Assembly: GCF_006345805.1 (NCBI RefSeq) | Contig: NC_043004.1 | Span: 40,300,001-40,364,000 of the forward strand | Direction: 5' to 3' | Origin: Octopus sinensis | Taxonomy: Eukaryota | DNA length: 64,000 nucleotides | Shown here: positions 23,347 through 36,704 of the stretch, in pieces | Position numbering within the stretch: position 1 is the stretch's first letter | Layout: the number at the start of each line of letters is the position of its first letter | Program-made: the position numbers and the translations under genes | Notes under the pieces: generated by a model | Databases searched by the model: none | The model's input: only the letters and a program-made list of their open reading frames with translations | Told to the model about the DNA's origin: nothing

Positions 23347-24002
23347 TCACCATCATCACCATCATCACCATCATCGTCATCACCATCATGTGCTTTTACA
23401 TTATTTTTTTCCTTGTTGGCTTGGGTTCGATGAGTTCAAACAGGGACCTGTCATGCCAATGGATAACATCTCACGCAAGCATCAAAGCTACGGCATGATA
23501 TTTCTATAGCTTCCTGCTCTTCCTCGTACTGATCGCTTAAACATAATATAAGAAGTGTAAGAGGTGTGTTTTCACTAGGCTCCAAACTGGTAGCTGTCTC
23601 ACCTTTGTCATCAGTAAACAGGATACTTGGGACATCATCATCCTCATTTAACGTCCTCCTTCCATGCTGGCATGGGTTGGACGGTTTGACAGAAGCTGGC
23701 CTAGCAGAAGACTGCGTCATACTTCTGTGTCTGTTTTGGCATGGTTTTTACAGCTGGGTACCTTTCCAAATGCCAACCGTTTTACAGTGTGGACTGGGTG
23801 CTTTTTAAGTGGCACCTACACTGGCAGGGTCACCAAGTGACTTTGTTAAGACAAAGAATCTTTGGGTGAGGAGGGGGTATTGGAGGAGGTGACCTTGTGT
23901 CAGACTACAGTGTGACAGAGAGGCAGAAACAGATGTCTTGTAGAGGGGGTCTATGGTTACCCAACCAGAGAGAGGAAGAGAGTACATACATACATACATA
24001 CA

Positions 24003-24064
<62 letters not shown>

Positions 24065-24717
24065 TATACACACACACATGCACACACAGAGCTTCACACA
24101 CACACATAAGTACCAACTCTACATGCTATATTTGTTTAGCTTTGGTTCATATCTGTTCATCTGTCTTGTGTGTGCGTGTGTGTGTGTGTGTGCATGTTTG
24201 TGTGTACCCGTATGTATGTAAGTATGTATATATATGTGTATATATATATATATATAAGCAACATACCTATCTAATCATTGAATCACACATGCTTTTAAAT
24301 ATGAAAAAAATATGGAAAAATTATATAAAACCTAGAGATTGAAATCTGTGAAACTGGATCCAGGTCAGTTAAATGTGATGTTTTTCGCATACTACAAACA
24401 CACCCATTTTAGCTAAAAACCTCCAAAATGTATATACTAAATTCTTTTTCTATACAGACTTGAAGCAACATGTAACCCCTTATTTTTTCCTTATTTTCTT
24501 CCATCTTTCTCACTTTTGTTGCATATATTTATAAAAAAGTCATATATGCCAATCTCACCTTAAGAGTACCCTATGCCAATATAATTTCAATTGAACACTG
24601 ATGTGAGAACATATATTCTGTGAAAAATGTATCTTTATATTTTCGTTTTTCATACATATAAACACTTAGAATAAAATTATTCTCCTCTTAAATTAAAAAG
24701 CTAATCTTGTTTTAATC

Positions 24718-25620
24718 CATCATCATCATCATCATCATCATCGTTTAACGTCCGTTTTCCATGCTAGCACGGGTTGGATGGTTCGACCGGGATCTGGGAA
24801 GCCAGGAGGCTGCACCAGGCTCCAGTCTGATCTGGCAGAGTTTCTACAGCTGGATGTCCTTCCTAACGCCAAGCACTACATGAGTGTAGTGCAGTCGTTC
24901 CCAAACTTTTTAGAGTCGCGACCCACTATTTATCACATCAGTTTATGACGACCCACTTAACTCTACCGAGTAAAAACATTAATGAAATTAATAAATTTAT
25001 TTCGGATTACATCTTCAGTGAGGCCTGTGAGAAGGATGAGCCTGTTTCTTGCTACGCTCAATAATAGAATTAACATCAGGTTCAATGCATGATGGTTTCA
25101 GGCGTAAAGAATTTGAGAGCTGCAGTTTATTTCGATATTTGCTTATAATCCCAACCATTGCTGAAAATGGTTATCGAGCCGATAACAGTAGTAACTGTTA
25201 TCGGCTCGATCAGTGTTATACTTCGCCTAGTTAAAGTTCTTCGCCTAGTTAAATAGGTAAAAACAGACCTTTCCTTTTTACAATTACGTACGAATAAATA
25301 ACTTGAGAAAATGACAACCTCTGATTTGTTGAGTTCGTGAAAAAGCCTATTGCTTGATAAAACAACAAGTCTGGTATTGAAAACATAAGTCTTGAACTAT
25401 CTCAACAGACAGCAGTTAATCAAAGCTAATGCGTAATTTTATAACTTTTTGCGACCCACTAAGATTCCGTTCGTGACCCATCTGTGGGTCGCGACTCATA
25501 GTTTGGGAACCACTGGTGTAGTGGATGCTTTTTATGTGCTACCGGCACAGGTGCCAGAGGAGGCTGGCAATGTTGATGATCGGTTGGTGCTTTTTACGTG
25601 CGACCAGCATGGATGCCAGT
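24718..25620 (-). mobile_element. RTE 3'-end-related element split by a hAT insertion
   Basis: Halves at 24718-24891 and 25516-25620 join across the TSD. Confidence 0.85.
24892..25515 (-). mobile_element. Internally deleted hAT (Buster/Charlie-like) element
   Basis: TIRs cagtcgttcccaaact / agtttgggaaccactg; perfect 8-bp TSD GTGTAGTG (nnnTAnnn); minus frame FSAMVGIISKYRNKLQLSNSLRLKPSCIEPDVNSIIERSKKQAHPSH. Confidence 0.9.
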
Positions 25621-25664
25621 CAAGGCAGCACTGGCATCAGCCATGTTTGGGTGGTATTTCTTTA

Positions 25665-26040
25665 CGGGTTTCAGTTATTTGACTGTGGCCATGATGGAGT
25701 ACTGCTTTAAAGGGATTTAGTTGCAGAAATTAACACCAGGATTTATTCTTTGTAAGCCAAGTATTTTTTCTATCAAATTCTTTTGGCGAACCACTAAGTT
25801 ATGGGTATATAAACACACCAGCATCAGTTGTCAAGCAATGGTAGGGGGACAAACTCAGACCCAAAGACACAAACGCATAAATATATATACACGGGCTTCT
25901 TTCAGTTTCCATCTACCAAATCCACTAGTCAGCCCAAGGGTATAAGAAGACACTTGCCGAAGGTGCCATGTAGTGGGACTGAACCTGAAACCACACAGTT
26001 GAGAAGGAAGCTTCTTACCACACAGCCATACCTACACCTT
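25665..26040 (-). mobile_element. SINE family A
   Basis: Reverse complement of the full element. Confidence 0.8.
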
Positions 26041-26228
26041 TCTTATATATATATATACATACACACACACACATATATATATATATATTATATATACTTA
26101 TATATATATACTTATATAAAAGCAATTAAGATTCAAGTCGATTCTAATGAATTCACTTGAATGCGGTACTTAACTTAGATGCACCAGAAAACTATATGGT
26201 GTTAACCAATACAGTAGTGTGGGGTGAT

Positions 26229-26401
26229 TATAAACGAGAAAAGAAGCAACAAGAATGGATTAGTTTTTAGTACAATTGTTTCATACAAAGACAGGCTTTA
26301 TTAAAAGCTGCAATATTTGCAACTTTTAATAAAGCCTGTCTTTGTATGAAACAATTGTACTAAAAACTAATCCATTCTTGTTGCTTCTTTTCTTGTATAT
26401 A
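26229..26401. repeat. Long near-perfect palindrome (71-bp perfect arms)
   Basis: 26237-26307 is the exact reverse complement of 26323-26393. Confidence 0.95.
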
Positions 26402-27039
26402 CTTATATATATATATATTATATATATATATATATTATATATATATATATATATATGTTGTATTTAGGAATGGACATTTTGCAAGTTTAACCAATAAAAA
26501 CACACTCACTATATATTTGGTGTTAATTTGCTTCAGCTTCTTTTTATTTTTTACATTAATCTTTTCGTCACACTCCTGTGACCACATCAGTGGTCCTTTG
26601 CTTTCTTCTTTCTTATTTGTGTGTCTCTCCTTACTAACAGTCAGCCATTTTGTATTTTGTATTCCTAATGTATGCATCTTTATTTGTGCATGCATATACC
26701 TCTATGTGTGTCTATGTATAGTTAGTGTGTGTGGGGGGGAGAGGAAGTGCAACTAGGGTTGCTATGAATGTGAATACAAATCTAAATTGATGGAATGGAG
26801 CAGGTAAAACCTAGGTTACATACGTTTCCTATACATAGGCGTAGGAGTGGCTGTGTGGTAAGTAGCTTGCTTACCAATCACATGGTTCAGGGTTCAGTCC
26901 CACTGTGTGGCACCTTGGGCAAGTGTATGTATGTATGTATGTGTATGTATGGATGTATGGATGGATGGATGGATGAATGTATGTATGTATATATGCATGT
27001 ACGTATGCGCATGGCAGAATTCCCAACCCTGAACTAGGG

Positions 27040-27435
27040 ATACTAGGTCTGTGGGTAGACCGTTCTTACGTTACAAGGATGTTTGCAAAAGGGACATGAA
27101 GGCCTGCAACATCAATATTAGCAGTTGGGAAGCAACTGCCAGCAACCGTGGAGATTGGCGATGTACCGTAAAAGAGGGAACACAAAGGAGTGACAGAGAG
27201 AGAGAGAGAGAGGAGAAATGGAAAGAAAAAGAAAAGACGTCAACAAGAAACTATGACACTACAACCAGCCAGGAACAGTCTTCGCTACATTTGCGGTACC
27301 TGCCAGAGGGAGTGTTTGTCCAGGATAGGACTACACAGCCACAGCAGGAAATGTATCAGGACATGAAATGTAAAAGCCGGACTGGACTATTTTATACGCA
27401 ACTCCATTGTCTCCCGAGACAAAAAGGATGCCAAT
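27040..27435 (+). mobile_element. Second RTE (BovB-like) family 3' end with C-terminal C2H2 finger
   Basis: GRPFLRYKDVCKRDMKACNINISSWEATASNRGDWR, then after a frameshift ICGTCQR..CLSRIGLHSHSRKC. Confidence 0.8.
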
Positions 27436-27859
27436 GTATGCGCATATATATTTGTACACACACATTATGCATTGCACCAGTGGGAGCCTACTTTTTCATC
27501 AATACATTTTTCATTCGAAAAAGTTTCCATTTATTCACATACATCACATTTCTTCTTCTTCTCTTCCTCCTCCTCCTCCTTCTCCTCCTCATACACCAAC
27601 CACCACCACCACCACCACCACCACCTTTGTTTTTACCTACTATTACTCTTGTAAATATTTATCTTCTGCTTAAACACAATCGACTAAGGAGGTAGAGCAC
27701 GTGGGTTTTTATTAATAAATTCCAGCACTCTTCCAAAGAATCCAATAACAAACGCCACCCTCCCCCACCTCGTATCCTTCCCCCTGCTCCATTTTCTTTC
27801 ATTTCATGTCATACCTCTGGCACCTTTGTATCTCTCCGCCCACTCCCCTGCCATTTTAT

Positions 27860-28096
27860 CATTAATACTGCCGCCACCGCCGTCGTCGTCGTCGTCGTCA
27901 TCATCATCATCATCATCATCATCGTCGTCACCACCACCATCATCATCATCATCATCATCAACAACAACGTTGTCGTCGTTGTCGTCGTCATCATCATCCT
28001 CATCATCATCATCGTCGTCATCATCATCGTCACCACCACCATCATCATCATCATCAACAACAACGTTGTCGTCGTCATCATCATCATCATCACCAC

Positions 28097-28145
<49 letters not shown>

Positions 28146-28260
28146 GTCATCATCATCATCATTATCATTGTCATCATTATCATCATCATCATCATCATCA
28201 TCAACGTTGTCATCGTCGTCGTCATCATCAACACCATCAGCTCCCTCCCCTACCATCATC
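27860..28260. repeat. (CAT/CGT/CAC)n array
   Basis: Direct reading. Confidence 0.95.
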
Positions 28261-28519
28261 AATCTGTCATTGTCATTGCTATTTCAAGCAGTGATGGAAC
28301 CTTGACATGTTCATTCAACCTGCTAGAAATAACAGCCACATCACCTTCAAATAACACTCTAGCCTCTCTTTAAAAAAAAACAGAAAAAGGAATGATGGAT
28401 TGGATAATGTACGCCTAAATGCATGATGCCAGACAGTATTATAGAAGATAGGATGGTCACAGCTGGAGTGGCATGACAATGCATCTGTCTGATCAGGGTT
28501 GGTCTGAGGCTCAACAGCA

Positions 28520-29380
28520 ACAGTAACAACAATCAACAACTAACATTATCACCATCGTCACCACCACCACCACTATTGCCATCACTGCCATTGCTACCAC
28601 CATCACTGTCACTACCATCACCTCCACCACCAACACCACCACCACCACCACCACCACCACCAACATCAACACCAACATCAACGTCATTACCATCACCATT
28701 AGCATCACTACTACAATAAATCTTATCATTAATTCCATCACTGCCACCACCACCACCACAACCACTACCACCACAACCACCACCACCACAACCACTACCA
28801 CCACAACCACTACCACCACAACCACCACCACCACAACCACTACCACCACAACCAACACCATCACCACCACCACCACAACCACTACCACCACAACCAACAC
28901 CATCACCACCACAACCAACACCACCACCACCACCACAACAACAACAACCATCACCACCACCACCACCACAGTAAACAGTACCACCAACAGCATTGCCACT
29001 ACAACCACCACCGCAGTCAGTACCACTACCAACAACCACCACTCCTGTCACCACTGTAATTCTCCACTGCCACCACAACTTCCACCACCACCACCACCAC
29101 CACCATAACAACAACAACAACAACCATCACCACCACCACAGTAAGCAGTACCACCAACACCATTGCCACTACAACTACCACTGCAGTCAGTACCACTACC
29201 AACAACCACCACTACTGTCACCACTGTAATTCTCCACTGCTACCACAACCACCACCACCACCAACAACAACAACACTACCACACTCTCTCCACCCACCCC
29301 AACTCCGTTCCCCCACCATTAACACCACCTCCGTCACCACCCCATCACCACCCCGTCACCTCACCCTCGTTCCCCAAATC
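28520..29380. repeat. (CAC/CAA)n array with about 170-bp internal duplication
   Basis: The block cagtaa..gcagtcagtaccact..gtaattctccactg occurs near 28970 and 29140. Confidence 0.9.
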
Positions 29381-29704
29381 AATCAATGTTTGAAACTACC
29401 AAATCATGCAAAAATCAATGCCACGATCTGGTGCCTGACTCTTCTCTCTGACTTTACACTTGATGCTCTGCCCTATCCCCTTCCATGCCCTTCAGGAGCC
29501 ATACCTTGCTCCTCCTGCTTCTAATCTAGCACTTCTGAGGAACCCTTAAGGGAGTTCTTTCTCTTCCCTTTTTTTCTTTTTCTTTTCTTCTTCGTGTTTT
29601 TTCTTTCTCTTGTTTTGTCTTTTTTGTTTTTTAATACCTATTTAGTTTTGCTTCAAAATTGATCGGAAAATCTCAAATATTGCAATGATAGAGTATTTAC
29701 CGCT

Positions 29705-29954
29705 CACTGCTGCTGCTGCTTTCCTCCTCCTCCTCCTCCTCCTCTTCCTCCTCCTCCTACTACTACTACTACTACTGCTGCTGGTGCTGCCACTGCTACA
29801 GCTACTGCTAGTACTGCTGCTACTACAGCTAGTACTGCTGCTACTACTGCTAGTACTGCTGCTGCTGCTACTACTACTACTACTACCACTACTACTGCTG
29901 CTGCTACTACTACTACTAGTACTGCTGCTGCTACTACTACTACTGCTGCTGCTG

Positions 29955-29994
<40 letters not shown>

Positions 29995-30005
29995 TACTAC
30001 TTGCT
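29705..30005. repeat. (CTA/CTG)n array
   Basis: Direct reading. Confidence 0.95.
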
Positions 30006-30029
30006 GTCTTGAGCAAGCAAATATATCCT

Positions 30030-30450
30030 TTTCTACTCTAGGCACAAGGCCTGAAATTTTGGGGGAGGGGGCCAAATCAACCCTAGTACACAACTGGTAA
30101 TTAATTTAGTGACCTCAAAAGGATGAAAAGCAAAATCAACCTTGCTGGAATTTGAACACAGAGGGTAAAGACAGACAACATATCGCTAAGCATTTCGCCC
30201 GGCAGGCTAACGTTTCTACCAGCTCACCGCTTTCCAGTATAATAAATTTTTTTTTTCTACTCTAGGCACACGGCCCAAAATTTTTGGGGAGGGGGCCAGT
30301 CGATTAGATCAACCCCAGTACACAAATGGTACTTAATTTATCAAGCCTGAAAGGATGAAAAGCAAAGCTAACCATGGCGGAATTTGAACCCAGAACGTAA
30401 AGGCAGACGAAACACCGCCAAGCATTTCGCCCGGCGTGCTAACACTTCTG
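30030..30450 (-). mobile_element. Two adjacent SINE family B variants
   Basis: aaaggatgaaa..gaatttgaac..catttcgcccggc occurs twice. Confidence 0.8.
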
Positions 30451-30540
30451 CCATCTCACTGCCTTCTCAAAACAAATATATTAAAACTGAAAATATTGAG
30501 TTAGATTTCAGTATTGGAATCAAGAAACAAGACGAGAACC

Positions 30541-30678
<138 letters not shown>

Positions 30679-30954
30679 GGAACAGATGTACCTGATAAGA
30701 TAGAACATATGGAAATGGAGTAGAAAATTGTTTTTAAATGTCAGGTTTATTTCAAAAATAAACTGAATTCAATACCAAAAGAAAGATAATGGATATCAAC
30801 AAAAATCTTGTATAATGTAAAAAATTATTGTATGTAACCACCTTTACTGTGTGTCGAGCTTATACACTCCATATGTACATCTTTTTGCTATTTTCATATG
30901 TGTTATTTTTAATGTTCAATTTGACTTTATATATACATATATATATATAATATA

Positions 30955-31007
<53 letters not shown>

Positions 31008-31038
31008 AAATATATATATATATACATATATATACGTA

Positions 31039-31092
<54 letters not shown>

Positions 31093-31897
31093 TTAACATC
31101 CATTGTCCATGCTGGCATGGGTTGGATGGTGTTACCAGAGCTAGCAAGCTGGGGTGTTGCACCAAACTCCAGTCTGATATGGCATGGTTTCTACAGTTGG
31201 ATGCCTTTCCTAATGCCAACCACTTTACAGAATGTTCTGGGTGCTTTTACGGGCATTGCACATGTGCTTTTATGTGCTGTCACACAGGTGCTTTATGTGG
31301 TGCCATATGGGTTCTTTTACGTGGAACTGCACAGGCACTTTCATGTGATGTTGCACAAATGCTTTTATATGGCACCACCACAAGTGCTTTATACCACCAG
31401 AATAAATTGGTCTTAACACTTCAGCTACCGAGTACTCATCTTTTTGAGTACTGCAAGGCGTCAGGTATCTCAGTCCTATATATACATGTGCATGTGTGAC
31501 AACCATGCTCTGCATAGTTATGGGCCTGCTCTTTGAGAAAGCGTAGCACCCATTCAGCCACCCTGCCAGGGATAAGGTGGGTCTACAGCATGATGGATTG
31601 TGAAGAGTTGCAGAAGAGCTCAACTGAGCCAACAGTGCTTCTTATATTGATGCTAAGCAAGGGAAACCTAGAAGATCAATGTTAAGGATCATCGATCTCT
31701 CTTGAGAGAGTAACTCCAACACACCCATAGGGGGTGGTGTCCATTGTTGTGTAATCAGCTAATGAAAGATTCCCTATAACTCCATCTCCCAATTCAAATT
31801 CAAAGTAATAGAATTAGTCGGCAACAGAGAGTCAGTGGAATCCAGGAAAGCAGTGTAAAATAAAACTTGCATGTAAGTAAACATATTTATGTATGTA

Positions 31898-32692
31898 CGA
31901 GGGTAAATCAAAAAGTAATGCCGTTTTGTTTAGGTATAATTACCAACACAGCGCAGGCTCATGTGCAGGTGGCATGTAAAGAGCACCATTTGGACGTGGC
32001 CGTTGCCAGTACCACCAAACTGACCCTCGTGCCGGTGGCACATAAAAGCACCCACTACACTCTCGGAGTGGTTGGTGTTAGGAATGGCATCCAGCTGTAG
32101 AAACTCTGCTAGATCAGATTGGAGTCTGGTTCGCCAGACCCCAGTCAAATCGTCCAACCCATGCTAGCATGGAAAGCAGATGTTACATGATGATGATGAA
32201 CATTATCATACATCAAAATGAAGCTGGTCCTCTGTGGATCATATCCCTACTTCTCAACATAGTCAGCGTTTCTCTCAATAGCAAAATTTCACCTTCAAAT
32301 GGGTGCATGTATCCCTGCCCCGTAAAATTCTGTCGACTGTTCTTTGAGCCACTTCTTCACTACAAAGTCAAAGAGACAACACCTTATTTTGAAGGCTTGT
32401 AACAGGTGATGAAACATGGGTTCATCATTATGAACCGGAATCAAAGAGGCAGTCAATGGAACGGCTCCACTCAATGTCACCCCCACCGAAAAAGTTCAAG
32501 TCACAAAAGTTAGCTGGAAAAATCATGGCAACTGTCTTTTGGGATGCTCAAGGTGTCATTCTGGTTGATTTCTTGCCAAAAGGAAAAACAAGAACCTCAT
32601 AATAAGCTTCATTTTGATGTATGGTACATGTACCTGTGTTAGTAATTATACCTGTTCTAAACAAAATGGCATAACTTTTTGACTCACCATCG
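31898..32692 (+). mobile_element. Internally deleted mariner with nested RTE-tail element (31950-32200)
   Basis: TA flanks; TIRs cgagggtaaatcaaaaagtaatgcc / ggcataactttttgactcaccatcg; relic HHYEPESKRQS..GKIMATVFWDAQGVILVDFLPKG. Confidence 0.85.
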
Positions 32693-32936
32693 TACATATA
32701 TATTGATTTCAAATTTTGGCATAAAGCCAGTAAGTTTGGGAAAGGGAATGAGTCAATTACATTGACTCCATCACTCAATTGATACTTATTTTATCAACCC
32801 CAAAAGGATGAAAGGCAAAGTCAATCTCGGTGGAATTTGAACTTGGAACATAAAGACAGACAATATACCACTAAGTATTTTGCTTATCATGTTAACCATT
32901 CTACCAGCTTGCCACCTTATATTAATATACATTTTA

Positions 32937-33347
32937 GGATCTTTTCGGTTTGAACAGCAGTTTTTTCTAGCGGTGTCATATGAAATTGTCACCCATAATT
33001 ATGACCCTAGTATCGATCTATTGCATTTCAATCTATTTTAGGGTTAGGGTTAGGGGTGGGGGGAAGGGTATCTTTTTATCTTCACAAATGTAAATAAACC
33101 CAATCTGTTTCTTAAACGAGGGACATATTCATACGGCACAGAATGTTTTTTTTACCTCAATAGACGCCAGTGATTGGTTGAAATTGAAGAAAAAAAACAA
33201 CAAATATCTTACAAACTATAGAATTTTCTCAATAAAGCCAAGAGAAAAAGATATTTTATAAACACATTCTACCAGTATGCGAAGTTTAAAAGTGTTTAGT
33301 TACCTAGAAATTATTTTTAAAAACTGCTGTTCAAACCAAAAAGATCC
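32937..33347 (+). mobile_element. MITE with GGATC-starting 28-bp TIRs, 8-bp TSD and internal (TTAGGG)3
   Basis: TIRs ggatcttttcggtttgaacagcagtttt / aaaactgctgttcaaaccaaaaagatcc; TSD ACATTTTA at 32929-36 and 33348-55. Confidence 0.9.
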
Positions 33348-34164
33348 ACATTTTATATAAAATGATACATCTTCAATAGGATATTATCTCTATTAGCTGT
33401 TAGCTTATCTATAACTAATTATATGCAAACAATGACATAACTTTCAAAAATTGTTTATTTTCTGACATGTTTACCCATCACAGTGCTGAAGCTTTTCTTA
33501 ACTGATAAATTAAAATTGATAAACCCTACCATTGAACAAGGCAATAGAACAGCTGCAAAAAGCTTTGATGGGAACAAATAAATATCCTTTTGTACCCATA
33601 TAATAGTTGTTATGAAATGTGAAAGCTTTATTGCATTGTTATCTATTTTAGGACTTCATTTTTTTTAAATAACAACAGAGAGGGAAAAACACTTTTCAGT
33701 TTAATACTTATCTGTTGTGTATATTCCTAATTCTAATCTTGATTTTGGTAAAAAAAAAATATTCTGTTATTAATGGTAAATATACCTGAATCATTCCAGT
33801 TATAAAAAGCCATTTTGATTTAATATAAGCGGAGTTAAGTGAGCTAAAGTGCTTTGATGGGGAAAACCAGGAAACTATTCTGCAATTTCTGAGAGTACCA
33901 TTGTAAAACTGACATTGCTAGGATATAGTTACCACAGACATTAAGGAGGGCTTGATGCATTTAGAGAATAAACACTAAGCAACTGCTGAAGATCTAAAAT
34001 GAATTATTAAAAGAAACCAGAAGTTGACTGATTAGTATAAAAAGAGAACGAGAAATCTATACCTTGACAACCTCAAAATCTCTATCACTGTGTGAAAACA
34101 AGGTATAAACAAGAAGCTAAGAACTCTGAGATAGACGAATATGGCAAAAGGTATTTTTATATAT

Positions 34165-34575
34165 CCTTTTATTTGTTTCAGTCATTTGACTGCGGCCATG
34201 CTGGAGCACCGCCTTTAGTCGAGCAAATCGACTCCAGGACTTATTCTTTGTAAGCCTAGCACTTATTCTATCGGTCTCTTTTGCTGAACCGCTAAGTTAC
34301 GGGGACGTAAACACACCAGCATCGGTTGTCAAGCAATGTTGGGGGGGACAAACACAGACACGCAAACATATACACACACATATATACACATATATATATA
34401 TATATATATATACGACGGGCTTCTTTCAGTTTCCGTGTACTAAATCCACTCACAAGGCTTCGGTCGGCCCGAGGCTATAGTAGAAGACACTTGCCCAAGA
34501 TGCCACGCAGTGGGACTGAACCCGGAACCATGTGGTTCGTAAGCAAGCTACTTACCACACAGCCTCTCCTACGCC
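34165..34575 (-). mobile_element. Young full-length SINE family A
   Basis: Reverse complement of the family with CpGs retained. Confidence 0.9.
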
Positions 34576-35099
34576 TCATAATTTTTATGATGTTAAGAAA
34601 ACATCCAGCATCCAATTACAAAACCATCCCCAAAAGGAAATGCTTAAGTAAGATATGCTCCTTTACTCATCTAGAAGAATAGTAATTCTGAATAACAACT
34701 GATTTGGTCTACAGTGAATCACCTAATCCATGCCAGAATGGAATGTGGATGTAATATGAGGATGATGATGAGGATGATGATGATGATGATGATAAAGAAG
34801 TGGACGATAATGATGTACACACACATACATGCACACATACACAGACATGGACATGTACATGCACACATCACACACATATATATGTATATATATACACATG
34901 CATACACACACGTACATACATGTACACACACACACACACCATGCTCATACACACACATGTTTATACATACACACACACACACACACACACATACTCAAGC
35001 ACACTCTATAAAGGATAAATATCAAGGAAGACTTTTCCATAGTCAAAGAGGAAGTGACACACGTTAGCTTACATTGGCACAAAACTTCTGACTAAAAGC

Positions 35100-35158
<59 letters not shown>

Positions 35159-35475
35159 TTCACACACGTGCACACACACACATACACATTATTTAAACCA
35201 GTCAAGCTGATCTAGCTCTTTGTATCCTCAAATATATTGTATACAAATATAAGGTGTCAATGTCAGTCTATTGCATACAGGGATGGCTAAAATCTGTAGA
35301 TTTATTGTTCTAGTACAGCAAGAACATTGAAACAAAGCATTGTTAATATACCAATAATTGATTAATGAAGCCGACAGCCAAGAATGTGTTGTATTTGTAA
35401 AATGGTCCTTGTAATTTAATAATAGTGAGTTCATAAGCAGTATCTCTATAAGCAATTAAAGAGGATGCTCAGTTG

Positions 35476-35514
35476 CTGATGAAGTCCCAACATAGGATTG
35501 AAACTAGCCTGGTT
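35476..35514 (+). ncRNA. Degenerate hammerhead-like motif
   Basis: CUGAUGA-AGUCC[7]GGAUU-GAAA-CUAG[C]CUGGU-U; stem I is displaced by 7 nt. Confidence 0.25.
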
Positions 35515-36272
35515 GCTCCTTAAAATCTAAAATCTGTGGTTATTTCCTGTGGCAAAGTATACCAGTGAGACAAATCAGTCAATGCACAAGTAATTAATTA
35601 TTTTATTCTATGTTAAAAGACACTTACCCTGGGTGCCGCAAAATGGGATTGAACCCAAGACCAACATTATTGGGAAGTAAGCTTCTCACCCACACAGCTA
35701 CAGCTGTGCTTATGACCAATTTTTTTGAGGGTCTATTTTTTTATTTGCGAGCATAATGATTTTCCAAACAAAAATCAATCAGGAAGTGATTTTGTCAATG
35801 TTGGACAACGAAGAACAGTAATCATTTTATGCTTTCCTGTTTGTAGAGACAAACATGACGTGAGATGACTGCATGCTTAAAGTTCCAGCAAGCAATGATT
35901 TAATATTCATTTGGGTTAGCGTTCTTTGTCCCATCATTTCATTATCTTATTTGAATTTGTATTTGAATCATTTATCATATTGCTCCATCGCAGCATTCAT
36001 TTTGTCCATTTGATGAGAGATAGCAAGGATTCATTCTAGTCATGTAATAATTTAATCTGTTCAAAAATTCCAAAATTTGAGCAATTCTAAATTGAGTGCC
36101 AAGGTTAATATGCAAACAGCCTGGAATACCAAGTGGTGAATTGGCAGACTTATCAGAGCAGCAGTTCCCACCCATTTTTGCACCATGGACTGGTTTTATA
36201 CAAGGCAGTTTTCTACAGACCAGAGAATCACATGCATAACGAAACAATGAAGTGCAAAATATACAATTTAGT

Positions 36273-36655
36273 GGATCTTTTCAGTTTGAACGGCAGTTTT
36301 TAACATAATTACTAGGTAACTAAAAAATTTTAAACTTCGCATACTGGTAGAATGTGTTTATAAAACATCTTTTTCTCTTGGCTTTATTGAGAAAATTCTA
36401 TAGTTTGTAAGATATTTGTTGCTTTTTTTCTTCAATTTCTGCAGTTTCAACCAATCAATGACCTCTATTGAGGTAAAAAAAACATTCTGTGCCGTATGAA
36501 TATGTCCCTCGTTTAAGAAACAGATTGGGTTTATTTACATTTGTGAAGAAAAAAGATACCCTTCCCCCCACCCCTAACCCTAACCCTAACTAACCCTAAC
36601 CCTAAAAGAGATTGAAATGCAATAGATCGATACTAGGGTCATAATTATGGGTGAC
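36273..36655 (-). mobile_element. Second, inverted copy of the GGATC/TTAGGG MITE, one TIR lost
   Basis: High identity to the reverse complement of 32937-33347; about 5 CCCTAA units. Confidence 0.9.
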
Positions 36656-36704
36656 AATTTAGTAATTTCATATGTAATACATGTACATATTACATATATA
36701 AAAG

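Noticed and set aside
24990-25020. CUGAAGA..GAAA with palindromic AUAAAUUUAU on the minus strand
   Set aside because: No stem I or II; it lies in the hAT transposase tail and is coincidental.
33038-33055. (TTAGGG)n as a telomere fusion scar
   Set aside because: It is internal to a MITE present twice with TIRs and TSD.
33930-34090. Minus-strand mini-exon pair with a TACTAAT branch-like site
   Set aside because: The second exon has stops in all frames, and there is no homology.
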